Shown here: piece after piece, positions 48,993 through 57,885 of the stretch
Position numbering within the stretch: the first letter of the stretch is position 1
Layout of the letters: each line of letters starts with the position of its first letter
Assembly: GCA_945883565.1 (NCBI GenBank)
Contig: CAMCXO010000010.1
Location: forward strand, 8,019 to 72,018
Direction: 5' to 3'
Length of the DNA: 64,000 nucleotides
Origin: Chryseobacterium gleum
GTDB taxonomy: Bacteria > Bacteroidota > Bacteroidia > Flavobacteriales > Schleiferiaceae
Position numbers and translations under genes: made by a program
The notes under the pieces: generated by a model
The model's input: the letters and a program-made list of their open reading frames with translations, nothing else
Databases searched by the model: none
What the model was told of the DNA's origin: nothing

Positions 48993-51900
48993 ATGAATAA
49001 CAAACCCCACATCAACGAAGGCCTGTCAAAAAATTTACCCCAGCGCCCAAAAGAAGTTAAATGGATTCGGTTAACGGCCGCTTTTCAATTGCTGCTGTGC
49101 CTTCTGGGAATTTTGGCTTTGAGTCAGGCACAGGCTCAAATACCCATTCACTTGCCAAATCACTTTAGTGCAACAGACCGTATAAATGCGTTTGCCGAAA
49201 AAGGCGATACCTTGTTTTTGGCCGGGGCTTTCGAGAGTTTAGCGCCTGTTCATCCTTTTGGCGCCATCAGCAACTTGGCCATGGATCAAATAAACTACCA
49301 GGCAGCTACTCCAAACAACGAAGTTTTTGATGCCATTGCCGATGGACAAGGTGGTTTTTATGTGGGGGGCAGTTTTACGCAGGTAGGCGGCCTAGTCCAG
49401 AACCGCGTGGCCCACTATGATGCCAATGGACAATTACTACCGCTCTCTGTTTCGGTTGACGATGGCCACGTTGAGTCTTTGGCTTTATCGGGGAATATTT
49501 TGTTTTTGGGCGGGTCGTTTACTTCGGTTGATGGACAAGCCAGAACCGGTTTGGCCGCCTATGATTTACAATCGGCCAGCTTATTGCCTTGGAATCCAGT
49601 GTTTACAAGTGTATTCTTAACACCTTGGGTAGGTAAGTTACTTATTCACAATCAAACCCTTTATGTAGGAGGGTTTTTTAATCAGGTAAATGCACAACCC
49701 CGAACTTTATTGGCGGCTTTCGACCTCAATACTTTGAATTTAAATGCCTTTGCACCCAGTATCTCGGGTTTTACGGTAGAAGATATGTTGGTGCACAACG
49801 ACCATTTATATTTTTGCGGTGATTTTACCAGTGTTCAGGCCACATCCAGAAAAAGCGTAGCGGCTATAAATCTTTCCAATAATCAGTTAAGCAATTATGC
49901 CCCTATTATCACGGGTACTGTAAGTTCAATGGTTTTTCACAATGCTGCTATTTATTTAGGAGGATCATTTAATGCCTCAGGCTCTTTGTTCCGCGGACTT
50001 TTGTCGAGTAACCCAAATACCGGCAGCTTCAACCTTAACTGGGTTCCAGGTTTTAATACTGCGGTTATTGAAAAAATGGCAGTTATAAACAACACATTAT
50101 GGGTAGGTGCAAGCCAAATCTCGTACAGCAGTGGAAGTCCATCTAAGCGGTTTGTGGCTCTGGACTTAAATACCGCACAAAGATTGCCCAGTTCTTTAGC
50201 TAGCGATGCGAATATCAATACCTTTTGCCAATCAAACAACCAGGTTTTTGTTGGTGGAAAGTTTAAAACCATTGGTACAGGAAACAAGAATTACTTGGCA
50301 GCCATTTCCAAAAGCACAGGAGCGGTATTGGCATGGGCTCCCTTTGTAAACAAAGAGGTAGATGCCCTTTTGGTAGATGGTAATACCTTGTATGTTGGCG
50401 GCCGATTTACCGAAATAAATGGAAACGCTGCCGGCTATTTAGCTGCCTTCGATTTTAATGCCGCCGGCAATTTGTTGCCATGGAACCCAAATATGAGCCA
50501 TGCGGTATACAGCCTTGCCCAATCCAATCAAGTGCTTTATGCAGGTGGCAATTTTACCCAAGCAAATGGACAAGCCCGGAACCGTTTGGCCGCATTCGAT
50601 AAACTGAATGGGGCTTTATTGCCATGGAATCCCGGCGCCAATGCTTGGGTTTTGGATTTGAAAGTGCATAACAACACTTTGTATGTAGGCGGGCAATTCA
50701 CCCAATTGTCAGGCATTCAAAGAAATTATGCCGGAGGCTTTGATTTAACCACTGGGTTATTGGCCAATTGGAATCCCAACGCCAATGGCATAATAAGAAG
50801 TATTGCGCCCGATGGACTAAATATTTACATAGCCGGAGACTTTACCAATTTGGGAGGACATCCAAATGCCGGTGGGTTTTTACGACTTCGATTGGCTGAA
50901 GTAGATGCCCTTAATGGGGTTCCTACGTCTTGGGAGGCTGCAGACAATACGTTTTTAAGTCCCGACATTCAGTCGGTTAACAGTTTAGCCATTTTAGATT
51001 CAACCTTGGTTGTGGTGGGTGAGTTTACCAAAATAGGAGTAGGGGGCGCATTGCGCTTAAATGCAGCTTTGCTAAGCAAACAAACCGGAATGGCCCTTAA
51101 CTGGAATCCATTTGATGCCTCAGCATCGCTTTCGAAGGTGTATTATTCCGATAATAAAATTTACATAAGCGGAAACATGGATCAAGTGGATGGGCAACTA
51201 CGAAGAAATTTAGCCGTATTCCAAATCAATCCGGCTCCGGTTTGCCCTACGCATCAATTAAACGCCATGGTACAGCCAACTTATTCGGTGGCTTTAACCT
51301 GGAATGCCATAGCCCCACAGCACCGTTTACAATGGCGTACGCTAAACGAAGCAAACTGGTCATCGGCACTGGTTGCCGGCACCCAACGCTTTATTCAGAA
51401 TTTAGCCCCGGGCGATTACGAAGCCCGCGTTTATGGAGTGGGTTTAGGCGATACGTCTTGCCTTGTAACCTTTAATATTGGCTGTGCCAACAACATAAGC
51501 TATGCTTCCAATGTATTTCAAGCCGGTTACCTCGATGCTTTGCCCGGCAACAGCGCCCGGGTAAGTGTATTTAATGTAAGCGGCGGAAAAAGCCTTTACA
51601 GCTTCGAACTTGAAAACCTATCTAACAACGGCATTCAAAGAGCAGACAACAGGCGCAATTACACCTTCAATCAACTGGCCGGCGGCAACTATGTGCTGAG
51701 GGTATATGACGCCTTTAACTGCCAAGCCGATTCTGTTACCCCCATCGCCATAAACGCCCTCGATACGGCCTATATACCTAACTTAATTAGCGCAGTAAAC
51801 AGCAGTCCCAATGGTTTCAGACCCATTTGGAACCATCCGCGCCAAAATGGCGCTTTAATGCCGGGTATTTTGAGCTACCAACTGCGGGTGCGCAACGAAA

Positions 51901-52331
51901 CCGACAACCAATTGGTGGATTTGTACACAGGCATAGCCGATACTTTCTTCCACGTAAACAACCTCACCCCCGGCAAATTGTACCGCTTTAACGTTAGGAG
52001 TCGCTACAATCCGGGCGATGGGGCCCGCAATTCGGCCTTTTCTGTACGCCGCGACCGAAACCTGGGCTTAGGCGGCAATAAAACAGAGGGTGCAACAGGA
52101 GTTGAAGAATACATTCGCATCTTCCCCAACCCCGCAACCGATGCGGTGTATGTAGAATGCCCAATAGGCAGCCACATAAAACTCCTCGACCTCCAAGGCC
52201 GGTTGTTGAAAAGCTTAACCACTGATAAGCCTGTAATTAGTCTAGATTTGGGTGCCTGTTCAAGAGGCACTTATATACTTGAAATCGATAACCAAGGCCA
52301 ACTTAACCGCCAAAAAGTGGTGAAACCATAA
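48993..52331 (+). CDS. T9SS-secreted delta-60 repeat beta-propeller protein with C-terminal FN3-like modules and type-A sorting domain
   Basis: 1112 aa. Signal peptide. More than ten degenerate ~50-60-aa repeats of the form GG.FT..NG...R..LAA.D..G.LLPWNP (delta-60 / TIGR02608-like). The C-terminal ~340 aa is paralogous to the C-terminus of the 57886..62838 gene. C-terminal CTD is FPNPATDAVYVECPIGSHIKLLDLQGRLL...KVVKP. Confidence 0.8.
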   Translation: MNNKPHINEGLSKNLPQRPKEVKWIRLTAAFQLLLCLLGILALSQAQAQIPIHLPNHFSATDRINAFAEKGDTLFLAGAFESLAPVHPFGAISNLAMDQINYQAATPNNEVFDAIADGQGGFYVGGSFTQVGGLVQNRVAHYDANGQLLPLSVSVDDGHVESLALSGNILFLGGSFTSVDGQARTGLAAYDLQSASLLPWNPVFTSVFLTPWVGKLLIHNQTLYVGGFFNQVNAQPRTLLAAFDLNTLNLNAFAPSISGFTVEDMLVHNDHLYFCGDFTSVQATSRKSVAAINLSNNQLSNYAPIITGTVSSMVFHNAAIYLGGSFNASGSLFRGLLSSNPNTGSFNLNWVPGFNTAVIEKMAVINNTLWVGASQISYSSGSPSKRFVALDLNTAQRLPSSLASDANINTFCQSNNQVFVGGKFKTIGTGNKNYLAAISKSTGAVLAWAPFVNKEVDALLVDGNTLYVGGRFTEINGNAAGYLAAFDFNAAGNLLPWNPNMSHAVYSLAQSNQVLYAGGNFTQANGQARNRLAAFDKLNGALLPWNPGANAWVLDLKVHNNTLYVGGQFTQLSGIQRNYAGGFDLTTGLLANWNPNANGIIRSIAPDGLNIYIAGDFTNLGGHPNAGGFLRLRLAEVDALNGVPTSWEAADNTFLSPDIQSVNSLAILDSTLVVVGEFTKIGVGGALRLNAALLSKQTGMALNWNPFDASASLSKVYYSDNKIYISGNMDQVDGQLRRNLAVFQINPAPVCPTHQLNAMVQPTYSVALTWNAIAPQHRLQWRTLNEANWSSALVAGTQRFIQNLAPGDYEARVYGVGLGDTSCLVTFNIGCANNISYASNVFQAGYLDALPGNSARVSVFNVSGGKSLYSFELENLSNNGIQRADNRRNYTFNQLAGGNYVLRVYDAFNCQADSVTPIAINALDTAYIPNLISAVNSSPNGFRPIWNHPRQNGALMPGILSYQLRVRNETDNQLVDLYTGIADTFFHVNNLTPGKLYRFNVRSRYNPGDGARNSAFSVRRDRNLGLGGNKTEGATGVEEYIRIFPNPATDAVYVECPIGSHIKLLDLQGRLLKSLTTDKPVISLDLGACSRGTYILEIDNQGQLNRQKVVKP

Positions 52332-52353
52332 TCAACCATAAAACCAAATCGAA

Positions 52354-54642
52354 ATGAATTTTCAAATCATACTTTTTCTTTTTTGCGCGGGTCTTTTCAC
52401 GCTTAACGCCCAACAACCCGGCAGTTTGGATGTGTCGTTCAATCCGGGAACGGGCGCGAATAATGTTGTTAATTGTATACGTATTCAGCAAAATGGCAAA
52501 ATCTTAATTGGAGGTGATTTCACTTCTTATCAAGGCATTACCCGAAACAGAATAGCCCGTTTAAATGCTGATGGCAGTTTAGACCCTACGTTTAATCCCG
52601 GTAGTGGGGTGAATGGTGAGGTAAAGTGTATAGTAATCCAGCCCGATGGCAAAATCCTAATCGGAGGCAATTTTACCGTGTGCAATGGTAACCCTCGCAA
52701 TAGAATAGCTCGGTTAAATTCGAATGGCAGTTTGGATGCTAGCTTTAACCCTTCGTCGGGGTCCAATAATGAAGTTCTCGATATGGCCCTTAATTCTACA
52801 TCCGGAAAAATTACGGTAGTAGGAAGTTTCACCGAATTTAATGGAATTGCCACAGGCAGAATAGTCCGCCTAAATTCTAATGGCAGCATAGACCCGAGCT
52901 TTAACAGCGGAATAGGTTCAAACAACGCCATTACTTCGATTATTTTACAAACAAATGGAAAACTTATAATAGGGGGCAATTTCGATACGTACAATGGTAT
53001 TTCTCGCAGCCGAATTGCACGCCTTAATGTAAATGGTGGTTTAGATTTTACGTTCAATCCCGGCACGGCAGCAAACACATTGTCTATAGTGAATGCCATC
53101 ATTCATCAGCCCGATGGTAAAATTATAATAGGAGGCGATTTCGGTACATTTAATGGTGTTACGCTCAACAGAGTAGCCCGCTTGAATACCGATGGTAGCC
53201 TCGATAACACCTTTAATCCAGGGGTGGGTGCCAACCTTGATGTTTACACCATGGCCCTTCAACCCGATGGTAAAATTTTAATTGGAGGCAACTTTACTAC
53301 ATATAACGGCAACGTTCTTAATAGAATGGCTCGACTTAATGCCAACGGAAGCTTAGATACCACTTTCAATACGGGCTTAGGTTTTACAACCGGGGCAAAT
53401 TTTGTTTTTGTGTCGGAAATTGCCATTCTAAACGATGGTCAGGCCCTTGTAGCAGGTTCGTTTACCCGTTACAACGGAATCAGCCGTAAGCGCATGGCTA
53501 AACTTCATGCTTATAGAAACATTTATACCGATTCGGCCATTGTTACCGGACCAAGTTCGGCGGCGGTGCACGCTACCGTTGTTTCAGGAGGCGGGGCTCC
53601 AATAACGGCGCGAGGCTTTTGTTTCAATACTTCAGGTAATCCCAACTTGTCCGATAGCACCACTTTAAATGGAATGGGGCTTGGTAGTTTTGGTCAAGTT
53701 TTAAACAACCTTGCACCGGGCACTACCTATTATGTAAAAGCTTATGGCACAAATAGTATAGGCACAAGTTATGGCAACGAATTGAGCTTCATAACCCAGT
53801 ATTCAGCCCCAAGTTTAATTACCGACAGCGTTACTGATATGGCATTTTTTACAGCCAAGGTTTATGGAAATGTTCTCTCTAATGGGGGATCAGCCATTTC
53901 ATCGCGTGGTTTTTGTTACAATACCACCGGCAGTCCGAGTTTGTCCGACAGCATCAAAACAGCAAACGGCAGTTTAGGCAATTATAGCCGTCAGCTCAAT
54001 GCTTTAGCTTCCAACACCACCTATTACGTAAAGGCCTATGCCACCAACAGTGTGGGCACGGCTTATGGCAACGAGTTGAGCTTTTCAACTTTAAGCTACC
54101 TGGCGCCAGATTTAAGCACCGATAGCATTTCCAACATTAGCCGCACTGCTGCCAAGGTTTATGGAAATGTTTTTTCTAATGGGGGTTCAGCCATTTCATC
54201 GCGTGGCTTTTGTTACAACACCACCGGCAGTCCCAGTTTGTCCGACAGCATCAAAACAGCAAACGGCAGTTTAGGCAATTATAGCCGTCAGCTCAATGCT
54301 TTAGCTTCCAACACCACCTATTACGTAAAGGCCTATGCTACCAACAATGTGGGCACGGCTTATGGCAACGAACTTAGTTTTACCACAGCCGGATTAGGCT
54401 TAAACAGCCCGAATATCCCTAAGTTAAGGGTATTCCCCAACCCCGCAACCGATGTGGTGTATGTAGAATGCCCAATAGGCAGCCACATAAAACTCCTCGA
54501 CCTCCAAGGCCGGTTGTTGCAAAGCTTCATCACAGAGAGCATTCAAGCCGGTTTAAACCTGGCCGCTTATGCCAAAGGCAGTTATGTGCTTCAAATAGAG
54601 CATCAATCTTTTGTAAGTCGACAAAAAGTGGTGAAACATTAA
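52354..54642 (+). CDS. T9SS-secreted delta-60 repeat protein with triplicated Ig/FN3-like modules and type-A sorting domain
   Basis: 762 aa. Signal peptide. Canonical delta-60 repeats (GGDFTSYQGITRNRIARLNADGSLDPTFNPG...) x~8. Three modules ...RGFCYNTTGSPSLSDS...TTYYVKAYATNSVGTAYGNELSF, the last two near-identical at DNA level. CTD nearly identical to that of the upstream gene. Confidence 0.85.
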   Translation: MNFQIILFLFCAGLFTLNAQQPGSLDVSFNPGTGANNVVNCIRIQQNGKILIGGDFTSYQGITRNRIARLNADGSLDPTFNPGSGVNGEVKCIVIQPDGKILIGGNFTVCNGNPRNRIARLNSNGSLDASFNPSSGSNNEVLDMALNSTSGKITVVGSFTEFNGIATGRIVRLNSNGSIDPSFNSGIGSNNAITSIILQTNGKLIIGGNFDTYNGISRSRIARLNVNGGLDFTFNPGTAANTLSIVNAIIHQPDGKIIIGGDFGTFNGVTLNRVARLNTDGSLDNTFNPGVGANLDVYTMALQPDGKILIGGNFTTYNGNVLNRMARLNANGSLDTTFNTGLGFTTGANFVFVSEIAILNDGQALVAGSFTRYNGISRKRMAKLHAYRNIYTDSAIVTGPSSAAVHATVVSGGGAPITARGFCFNTSGNPNLSDSTTLNGMGLGSFGQVLNNLAPGTTYYVKAYGTNSIGTSYGNELSFITQYSAPSLITDSVTDMAFFTAKVYGNVLSNGGSAISSRGFCYNTTGSPSLSDSIKTANGSLGNYSRQLNALASNTTYYVKAYATNSVGTAYGNELSFSTLSYLAPDLSTDSISNISRTAAKVYGNVFSNGGSAISSRGFCYNTTGSPSLSDSIKTANGSLGNYSRQLNALASNTTYYVKAYATNNVGTAYGNELSFTTAGLGLNSPNIPKLRVFPNPATDVVYVECPIGSHIKLLDLQGRLLQSFITESIQAGLNLAAYAKGSYVLQIEHQSFVSRQKVVKH

Positions 54643-54660
54643 AGTTCGACAGCAAAACGA

Positions 54661-54687
54661 AAAGCCGCCTTCGGGCGGTTTTTTTAT
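54661..54687 (+). terminator. rho-independent terminator
   Basis: AAAGCCGCCttcgGGCGGTTTTTTT. Confidence 0.8.
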
Positions 54688-54895
54688 GCTTTAAGCCAAA
54701 AGCTTTGGGGTAAACCGCCATAACACCAACACCAAAAGCCAATGCCAAGTCTATAAAATGGCAATGGTTTTAGGGCCATAACGCCAACCCCCAAAAAGCC
54801 CAAAGGTCTTAACAAAGCCATAATACGGCCTTGACAATGCCTCGGCAGTCCCCTTCTACTTTTGAAGGGTTCTGAACCAAGGGAAGCGTATTCCC

Positions 54896-56776
54896 TTGAT
54901 TCGGCCATCAAACACCATTCGTATGTTGAGCCAATTTCTAAAACAGAAGTACTTTCCGGTTTGGGTAATGCTATTTTCTTTAGGCCTTAGTCTTTTAAGC
55001 CTCAGAACATCTTCTACCCAAATGGCCCATGCGGCCTACGAATCATGGTTCTTAAATACCGATGCCCTCCTCCGCAGCAAAGCCGAAGCAGCCATTGAAT
55101 CGGCTAACTTATACCTCAATCAACCCAACCTTCAAGCTCAGGTTCAATACGATGTGGCCCAGCTTCGATTGGCCTATAAAGCCATAGAGTGGTGGGCAGC
55201 TTTCCATTTTCCGGAGTATTGTGAAGAATACCTAAACGGCGCACCGGTTATGCAAAGCGCCCGACTCGATAACCGAAGTTTCGCCAAATTGCCCGAAGGC
55301 TTGCAAGTAATAGACGAAGCTGTTTGGGAACCATCTTTAGACGATGAACTCAAAAGCAAAACGGCTCAAGACATCTTGCAATTCAGAAACCGTTATTTCA
55401 TTTTAAGAAACCATCTTAAAGACCTTAGTCCAAAACCCAAAGAAGCCTCTACCGCCATGCGGCTCGGAATTGTGCGCTTGTTTAGTTTGGGCTTAAGTGG
55501 TTTCGATACGCCTGGCTCGCAAAATGCCTTGGCCGAAAGCGCCGCAAGTCTTCGTTCCATGCAAGAATGCTTGCCATGGTTGCATTTTGAACCCGGGCAA
55601 TTACAAAAACTCGATTCGCTGTTTCATTTAGGTATTATAACCCTTAACCAAGCCCAATCATTCGAATCGTTCGACCGCCTGCATTTTCTCAAGCAGGTTG
55701 TAAATCCGCTTTATGCCGCTTTGTACGAACCCGGACAGCAACCGAATAACCGTGGTTGGAACCCAGAGAGTAAATCGCTATTCGACCCACATTTTCTAAA
55801 TCCATACTTCTTTACCGAACTAACGCTTGAAGAGGATTCAAAGGAGCTAAGGGCCCTCGGACAACAACTGTTTAACGATGTAACCCTAAGCAAATACCAA
55901 AACCTGAGTTGCGCTACCTGTCATCCTTCCCATTTGGCATTTCAAGATGGATTGCCAAAATCTGAATCTAACCAAAATGGCACCCAATTAGAGCGAAATA
56001 CACCGGGCTTGATTAACTCGGTATTTGCCGACCGCTATTTTTACGACCTTCGGGCCTATACCCTCGAGCAACAAGCCGAACACGTTATTTTCAACGCTTC
56101 TGAATTTGCCACCAATTACAACGAAATCATAGAGCGTCTCAATGCCCAAAAGGCCTACCGAAAAGCCTTTAAAAAAGCATTGGGTAAAAAGCAGATAGAA
56201 AGAGCCGACGTACAAGCGGCTTTGGCTTCTTACGTTTTATCGCTTACAGCCTTTAACAGTCCGTTCGATCGCTATGTAAGGAACGAATCCGAATCGCTGA
56301 ACCCCGATGCCATTAGGGGCTTTAACCTGTTTATGGGGAAGGCCGCTTGCGGAACTTGCCATTTCGCCCCATTGTTCTCAGGTTTGCTGCCTCCCGAATT
56401 TAGAAAAAGCGAAAGCGAAGTAATTGGCGTTTTGTCTAAACCCATCGAAATGGAAAACAACCCCCAAAACGCAGGATTAGACGCTGACCTTGGGCGCTAT
56501 AACAATGGGGTGCCCAGCGAACAACTTCAAGCCCACAAGCATGCTTTCAAAACCACCGGATTGCGAAATGCCCAAAAAACAGCGCCTTATTTTCACAATG
56601 GAGCCTATCCAAGTATGAAATCGGTTTTAAACTTTTACAACCACGGAGGCGCCGCCGGTTTGGGATTAGACCTGCCAATACAAACCTTGGCGGCCGATTC
56701 TCTGCACTTAACCACCGGCGAGATTCAAGACTTAGAAGCCTTTATCAACAGCTTGACCGATGTTCCACCATACTAA
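54896..56776 (+). CDS. di-heme cytochrome c peroxidase family protein with ~300-aa N-terminal extension
   Basis: 626 aa. Two CxxCH heme motifs (CATCH and CGTCH); conserved CCP/MauG blocks NTPGLINSVFADRYFYD and APYFHNGAYPSMKSVLNFYNHGG. N-terminal TM/signal segment. Confidence 0.8.
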   Translation: MIRPSNTIRMLSQFLKQKYFPVWVMLFSLGLSLLSLRTSSTQMAHAAYESWFLNTDALLRSKAEAAIESANLYLNQPNLQAQVQYDVAQLRLAYKAIEWWAAFHFPEYCEEYLNGAPVMQSARLDNRSFAKLPEGLQVIDEAVWEPSLDDELKSKTAQDILQFRNRYFILRNHLKDLSPKPKEASTAMRLGIVRLFSLGLSGFDTPGSQNALAESAASLRSMQECLPWLHFEPGQLQKLDSLFHLGIITLNQAQSFESFDRLHFLKQVVNPLYAALYEPGQQPNNRGWNPESKSLFDPHFLNPYFFTELTLEEDSKELRALGQQLFNDVTLSKYQNLSCATCHPSHLAFQDGLPKSESNQNGTQLERNTPGLINSVFADRYFYDLRAYTLEQQAEHVIFNASEFATNYNEIIERLNAQKAYRKAFKKALGKKQIERADVQAALASYVLSLTAFNSPFDRYVRNESESLNPDAIRGFNLFMGKAACGTCHFAPLFSGLLPPEFRKSESEVIGVLSKPIEMENNPQNAGLDADLGRYNNGVPSEQLQAHKHAFKTTGLRNAQKTAPYFHNGAYPSMKSVLNFYNHGGAAGLGLDLPIQTLAADSLHLTTGEIQDLEAFINSLTDVPPY

Positions 56777-57689
56777 ATTTCGTTTCACTTGGCTGACTGC
56801 TTTCGTGTGTATTTTGATTTTACCCATACCACTAAAAGCCCAGTTTGCCGATCCTACTGCCATTGTTCACACCAGCATGCAATCGGCATTGGCCGATACT
56901 TCTAAACGGGTTCACCTCAACCTTCGCGATCAAAAACTGTTGTTGGTAAGTCCTCAATTGGCCGAAATTCAACACTTGGTGTTTCTTAATTTAATGAAAA
57001 ACCAATTGGAAGATTGGCCAATGGCTTTAAACTCAGCCAAAGCGCTTGAAGTGCTCAATTTGCGCGAAAACCGCTTGGTTGTTATTCCGGCCAGCATTAA
57101 CGAATTAAAGCAGCTGCGCACCCTCGATTTAATTCAAAATGAAATCAAAGCCTTACCAAGCCAAATAGGCGACTTGCAAAACCTGGAGTACGCTTATTTC
57201 AACCTCAATCGGCTTACCAGATTGCCCGAATCTTTGGGCCAATGCAGTAGGCTAAAAGTTCTTGAACTTCAGGTGAACCAACTAAGCAGTCTTCCCGCAG
57301 GCATTCAAAATTTGAGTAACCTAAAAGTATTGCGCCTTTCCGACAACCATTTTTACGACTTGGGCGAACATTTGAAAGGACTAAAAAGCTTAGAAGAACT
57401 CCATCTCGACAAAAACCGTTTGCAAAAGTTGCCGAATGAGATAGGGGGACTTAAAAACCTCAAAGTTTTGATGCTAACCAACAACCAGCTAAGCCAGCTG
57501 CCCGAATCGCTTTGCCAACTCGAAAAGTTAGAAATGCTCCTGCTTTCTGATAATCCACTGAAACAATTGCCCCAAAACATTCATCGCCTTAAAGCTCTAA
57601 GAACACTGAGTCTTTTAAATTGCCCCATTGGCGAAGACGAAAAAGCCCGAATTGTGAAAGCCCTCCCCAATTGCAGGGTGGTGTTTTAA
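56760..57689 (+). CDS. leucine-rich repeat (LRR) protein, secreted
   Basis: 309 aa. Signal peptide; about 10 LRRs (LxxLxLxxNxLxxLPxxIxxL). Overlaps the CCP gene by 17 nt. Confidence 0.8.
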   Translation: MFHHTKFRFTWLTAFVCILILPIPLKAQFADPTAIVHTSMQSALADTSKRVHLNLRDQKLLLVSPQLAEIQHLVFLNLMKNQLEDWPMALNSAKALEVLNLRENRLVVIPASINELKQLRTLDLIQNEIKALPSQIGDLQNLEYAYFNLNRLTRLPESLGQCSRLKVLELQVNQLSSLPAGIQNLSNLKVLRLSDNHFYDLGEHLKGLKSLEELHLDKNRLQKLPNEIGGLKNLKVLMLTNNQLSQLPESLCQLEKLEMLLLSDNPLKQLPQNIHRLKALRTLSLLNCPIGEDEKARIVKALPNCRVVF

Positions 57690-57885
57690 GATGATTAGGG
57701 TTTTTTCTGTGTCATGAATTTGTGAATAGATTGTTAATGTATTAAAACCTATAATAGTTTGTAATGCTGAGGATTATAAGATTTATGACTTAAAGACTTT
57801 ACAGTATAGTAAAGATAAAATCACATTTCGCTGCTGCTAAGTTCATGTAAGAGTTGGTGCTTCGCTGCAAACCTAAATCCCTTAT

